Source: a virus (taxonomy: Duplodnaviria; Caudoviricetes). Taken from it: a stretch of DNA of 36,603 nucleotides. Below are positions 33,503 to 36,603 of the stretch, piece by piece. A program made the position numbers and the translations under genes. Under the pieces are notes generated by a model. The model did not search any database. It saw nothing but the letters and a program-made list of their open reading frames with translations, and was not told where the DNA came from. The DNA lies in the IMG/VR virus record IMGVR_UViG_3300020042_002318, positions 1-36,603 of that record, one strand, 5' to 3'. Each line of letters starts with the position of its first letter. Positions within the stretch are counted from its first letter, which is position 1.

Positions 33503-34990
33503 TTGAGCCTATATCGGGGACCCGGTGGGTCAGGAGACGCTACAAACGATGCTTCTAGTCAAGCAGTTTTAGCCACTGCCGCAGCAAACGCAGCAGAAGT
33601 ATCTAAGAATCAAGCACAAGCATCTGCGTCAGCAGCATCATCTTCAGCGTCATCAGCAAGTACATCTGCGACTAACGCCTCTAATTCAGCATCCTCTGCC
33701 GCAGCGTCAGTAGCAAGTATCGGTACTTCGGTTAGTGATGCAGCAACTTCAGCAAGTAACGCTAGTACTTCAGCAACTAATGCAGCATCGTCTGCGTCAT
33801 CGGCATCAACTTCTGCGACGAATGCAAGCAATAGTTCTTCATCGGCATCCACTAGCGCTAGTAATGCAAGCACATCGGCATCAAATGCGTCTACAAGCGC
33901 TACCAACGCTTCTAACAGCGCCACAACCGCATCAACAGCAGCAACTAATGCTGGTACAAGTGCAACTAATGCAGCATCGTCTGCGTCCACAGCATCAACT
34001 GCAGCAACCAATGCGAGTAACAGTGCTTCGTCAGCATCAACCTCTGCAAGCAATGCTAGTTCTTCTGCATCCTCTGCCTCGTCATCAGCATCCACTGCGA
34101 CGACACAGGCAAGTAACGCTAGTACATCGGCGACTAATGCAGCATCGTCTGCCTCATCTGCATCAACATCGGCAACAAACGCCAGTAACAGTGCCTCAAC
34201 AGCATCTACAGCAGCAACCAATGCGTCAGCAGCTCAGGTCGCAGCAGAAACCGCTAGAGACCAGACACTAACAGCTTACGATAACTTTGATGATAGGTAT
34301 TTAGGAGCTAAGACTTCTGACCCTACACTCGATAATGACGGTAATGCCTTATTAGCTGGTGCTTTGTATTTCAATAGCTCTTTGGGCTATATGAAGGTGT
34401 ATACCGGCTCTGTCTGGGTTGATGCCTATGCTGCTGGAACTAGCTTTTTAGCCAAAGCAAACAATTTAAGCGATTTAGTATCTACATCAACTGCTAGAAC
34501 TAATTTAGGTGTTGCTATAGGTGTTAATGTTCAGGCTTACGATGCAGACTTAGCAACGATTGCTGGTCTAACTCCCACCAATAACTATGCTATTATTGGT
34601 AATGGAACAAGCTGGACTTCTTCAGCATTGCCAGCAACAGGTGTAACTTCTGTAACAGGCACAGCACCGATTGTTTCTAGTGGCGGCACTACTCCAGCAA
34701 TCTCGATACCAGCAGCAACTTTGAGTGTTAATGGTTACTTAACCAGCACTGATTGGACTACTTTTAATGGAAAACAAGCTGCTTTAGTTAGTGGCACAAA
34801 CATCAAGACTGTTGGTGGTGTTAGTCTCCTAGGTTCTGGCGATGTAGGTACTCTTACAGTAGCTTATGGCGGAACTGGGGCTACCACGCTAACAGGGTAC
34901 TTAAAAGGCAACGGAACCAGTGCTTTTACAGCTAGTTCGACAATTCCGGGGTCAGATATTGATGGAACAATAGATGGTGGAAGTTTTTAA
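33503..34990 (+). CDS. Tail fibre protein with Ser/Ala/Thr/Asn heptad-repeat shaft
   Basis: TTG start with AGGAG RBS; SATNAAS/SASSAST repeats; FDDRYLG, NNLSDL..ARTNLG, GGTGATT motifs. Confidence 0.85.
   Translation: MSLYRGPGGSGDATNDASSQAVLATAAANAAEVSKNQAQASASAASSSASSASTSATNASNSASSAAASVASIGTSVSDAATSASNASTSATNAASSASSASTSATNASNSSSSASTSASNASTSASNASTSATNASNSATTASTAATNAGTSATNAASSASTASTAATNASNSASSASTSASNASSSASSASSSASTATTQASNASTSATNAASSASSASTSATNASNSASTASTAATNASAAQVAAETARDQTLTAYDNFDDRYLGAKTSDPTLDNDGNALLAGALYFNSSLGYMKVYTGSVWVDAYAAGTSFLAKANNLSDLVSTSTARTNLGVAIGVNVQAYDADLATIAGLTPTNNYAIIGNGTSWTSSALPATGVTSVTGTAPIVSSGGTTPAISIPAATLSVNGYLTSTDWTTFNGKQAALVSGTNIKTVGGVSLLGSGDVGTLTVAYGGTGATTLTGYLKGNGTSAFTASSTIPGSDIDGTIDGGSF
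33600..34240 (+). repeat. Degenerate 21-nt coding repeats in tail fibre
   Basis: Recurring ACTAATGCAGCATCGTCTGC and GCAAGTAACGCTAGTAC. Confidence 0.8.
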
Positions 34991-34997
34991 AAAAGAC

Positions 34998-35026
34998 TTG
35001 ACAAAACAGTCAATTTGTGTTATCAT
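34998..35026 (+). promoter_or_regulatory. Sigma70 promoter for tail-fibre cassette
   Basis: TTGACA-17-TATCAT with extended TG; TTGAC-N6-GTCAA dyad overlaps -35. Confidence 0.75.
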
Positions 35027-35039
35027 TAGGAAATAAACT

Positions 35040-35543
35040 ATGCCTACAATCTTAAAACTTAAAAACAGTGTAACAACGACTGCTGCTCCTGCCACTTTGG
35101 TACAGGGCGAAGCCGCTGTTAACATTACAGACAAGAAAGTCTGGATTGGTAACGCTGCGTCTTCTCCAGTTCAAATCTTAGGTGCTGGAGCAACCGTAGA
35201 AGGAACTACCTTAACCATGACTGGAGATGGTACTTTCTCTGGCACTGGTCAATTAAAAGTACCTGCAGGAACAACTGGACAGCGTAGCGGTTCTCCTGCT
35301 GCGGGTATGATTCGATATAACTCCACCACAGGTGGATTTGAAGGCTACACAACTGCATGGGGTTCTATCGGTGGCGGTGCTACTGGAGCAGGTGGTGATA
35401 CAGTATTTCAAGAGAACTCGCCTACTGTGACAACCTCTTACACACTATCAACAGGAAAAAATGCTATGTCTGTAGGTCCAATTACGATTAACGGTGGTGC
35501 AACAGTAACAGTACCGTCTGGTGCTAGATGGGTAATATTATGA
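35040..35543 (+). CDS. Tail fibre adaptor/branching protein
   Basis: GEAAVNITDKKVWIG, VPAGTTGQR..GMIRYNSTTGGFEGY, NAMSVGPITI..VTVPSGARWVIL. Confidence 0.75.
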   Translation: MPTILKLKNSVTTTAAPATLVQGEAAVNITDKKVWIGNAASSPVQILGAGATVEGTTLTMTGDGTFSGTGQLKVPAGTTGQRSGSPAAGMIRYNSTTGGFEGYTTAWGSIGGGATGAGGDTVFQENSPTVTTSYTLSTGKNAMSVGPITINGGATVTVPSGARWVIL

Positions 35544-36124
35544 GTATCGTTCTTCAAGGAAGCACATCAGGTAGCGTTACATTACAAGAACCAGCCGTTG
35601 CTGGTACTACTGTATTGACCTTACCAGCCGTATCAGGAACAGTCATTACTACTGGTTCTTCTGCTGTAGTTACACAAGCAATGTTAGCTACTGGTGTGGC
35701 TGGTACTGGGCCAGCGTTTAGTGCTTATCAATCTTCTGCACAAACTTTATCTTCAACAACATACACAAAAATTAACTTTCAAACTGAAGAATGGGATACT
35801 GCAAACTGTTTTGATAGCACAACTAATATGCGGTTTACTCCAAATGTTGCTGGCTATTATCAATTAAATGGTGGTGTATCTCTTAATTCATTTACGGCAG
35901 GGGTAATTATAAATTTTTATAAAAATGGAACATCTAATAAGATTGTATATTTTAATTCATTCGGTGGTTTTTCAAGCTCTAATGGTGGTTTTGGTTCTGC
36001 AATTATTTATTTTAATGGGTCAACAGATTATGTTGAAATGTATGCGTACATATCTGCGGGACAACCTTTATCAACGGGTGAAAATTTAACATATTTTCAA
36101 GGCACACTAATTAGGACTGCATGA
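35540..36124 (+). CDS. Receptor-binding protein with C1q-like domain
   Basis: PAFSAY, F..EEWDT, RFTPNVAGYYQ, FNGSTDYVEMY; ATG 35540 overlaps upstream TGA. Confidence 0.75.
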   Translation: MSIVLQGSTSGSVTLQEPAVAGTTVLTLPAVSGTVITTGSSAVVTQAMLATGVAGTGPAFSAYQSSAQTLSSTTYTKINFQTEEWDTANCFDSTTNMRFTPNVAGYYQLNGGVSLNSFTAGVIINFYKNGTSNKIVYFNSFGGFSSSNGGFGSAIIYFNGSTDYVEMYAYISAGQPLSTGENLTYFQGTLIRTA

Positions 36125-36288
36125 TGACTTTAATTGAAAAAATATTAACAATTTATCCTGAATTAGCAAATTACAATTTTGCTTTTGGCGATATTCTTTT
36201 GCAAAACGATTCAGACGGCAAAGGCGATTACATTGCCAAGTGGGAACATCCAACCTTGCCAAGACCAACAGCAGAGGAGTTAGCATAA
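36121..36288 (+). CDS. XkdW/YorD-like small tail partner (55 aa); not in ORF track
   Basis: LQNDSDGKGDYIAKWEHPTLPRPTAEELA; AGGA RBS, coupled both ends. Confidence 0.75.
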   Translation: MMTLIEKILTIYPELANYNFAFGDILLQNDSDGKGDYIAKWEHPTLPRPTAEELA

Positions 36289-36603
36289 TGGCTGTCACAA
36301 TAAATGCAAGTACAACCACAGGGCTAGTTCAGAGTGCTGATACAAGTGGAACAATCGAACTACAAAGTAATGGCACTACTAAACTAACAGTAAGTTCTAG
36401 CGGTGTAAACATTGGTCAGATGAATGGCGGTGCTATTACTAGCGGAACTGCTGTAGCTTCTACAAGCGGAACAAGTATTGACTTTACTAGCATTCCTAGC
36501 TGGGTTAAGCGTATTACTGTAATGTTTGATGGAGTAAGTACAAATGGGTCAAGTTTAGTTTGTATTCAACTAGGGGATTCTGGTGGAATAGAAACAACTG
36601 GAT
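36288..36603 (+). CDS. Tail fibre / receptor-binding protein, 3' truncated by window
   Basis: MAVTINASTTTGLVQSADTSG...STSGTSIDFTSIPSWVKRITVMF...; GAGGAG RBS; open to the end. Confidence 0.75.
   Translation, partial: MAVTINASTTTGLVQSADTSGTIELQSNGTTKLTVSSSGVNIGQMNGGAITSGTAVASTSGTSIDFTSIPSWVKRITVMFDGVSTNGSSLVCIQLGDSGGIETTG

Noticed and set aside
33610-34271. Long antisense (203 aa) and alternate-frame (178 aa) ORFs
   Set aside because: Shadows of the low-complexity GCA/TCA repeat region
35040-36603. Diversity-generating retroelement or invertible tail-fibre switch
   Set aside because: No reverse transcriptase, invertase, TR/VR pair or inverted cassette seen

Overview
Near-complete, circularly permuted genome of a lytic podovirus-like dsDNA phage. 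It begins and ends inside a tail-fibre cassette, so some sequence is probably missing between 36603 and 1. The + strand arm is morphogenesis and lysis: terS, terL, portal, scaffold, major capsid, tail fibres, adaptor/nozzle, three ejection proteins, holin and an M15 endolysin. The - strand arm is early/replication: many small ORFs, T7-like primase-helicase, PolA (Tyr762 type), SSB, 5'-3' exonuclease, resolvase, DEDD exonuclease, DUF3310 and class II RNR. The arms converge at a terminator (~12060) and diverge across an ~850 bp non-coding region (26380-27220) that probably holds the genome ends. No RNA polymerase, integrase, repressor, tRNA or CRISPR is visible, and late genes carry near-consensus sigma70 promoters. 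The most unusual signal is non-coding: ~240 bp next to the putative terminus is tiled with eight palindromic boxes from four motif families (NtrC-like, LysR-type ATAG-N7-CTAT, a 20-bp GTAAGT..ACTWAC palindrome, GGATAAACCCT). Three of the four families recur elsewhere in the genome, two of them at promoters. A second non-coding island (23470-23709) has a perfect sigma70 promoter firing against the early genes into nested inverted repeats. Protein family calls are from motif recognition only; no database searches were run.
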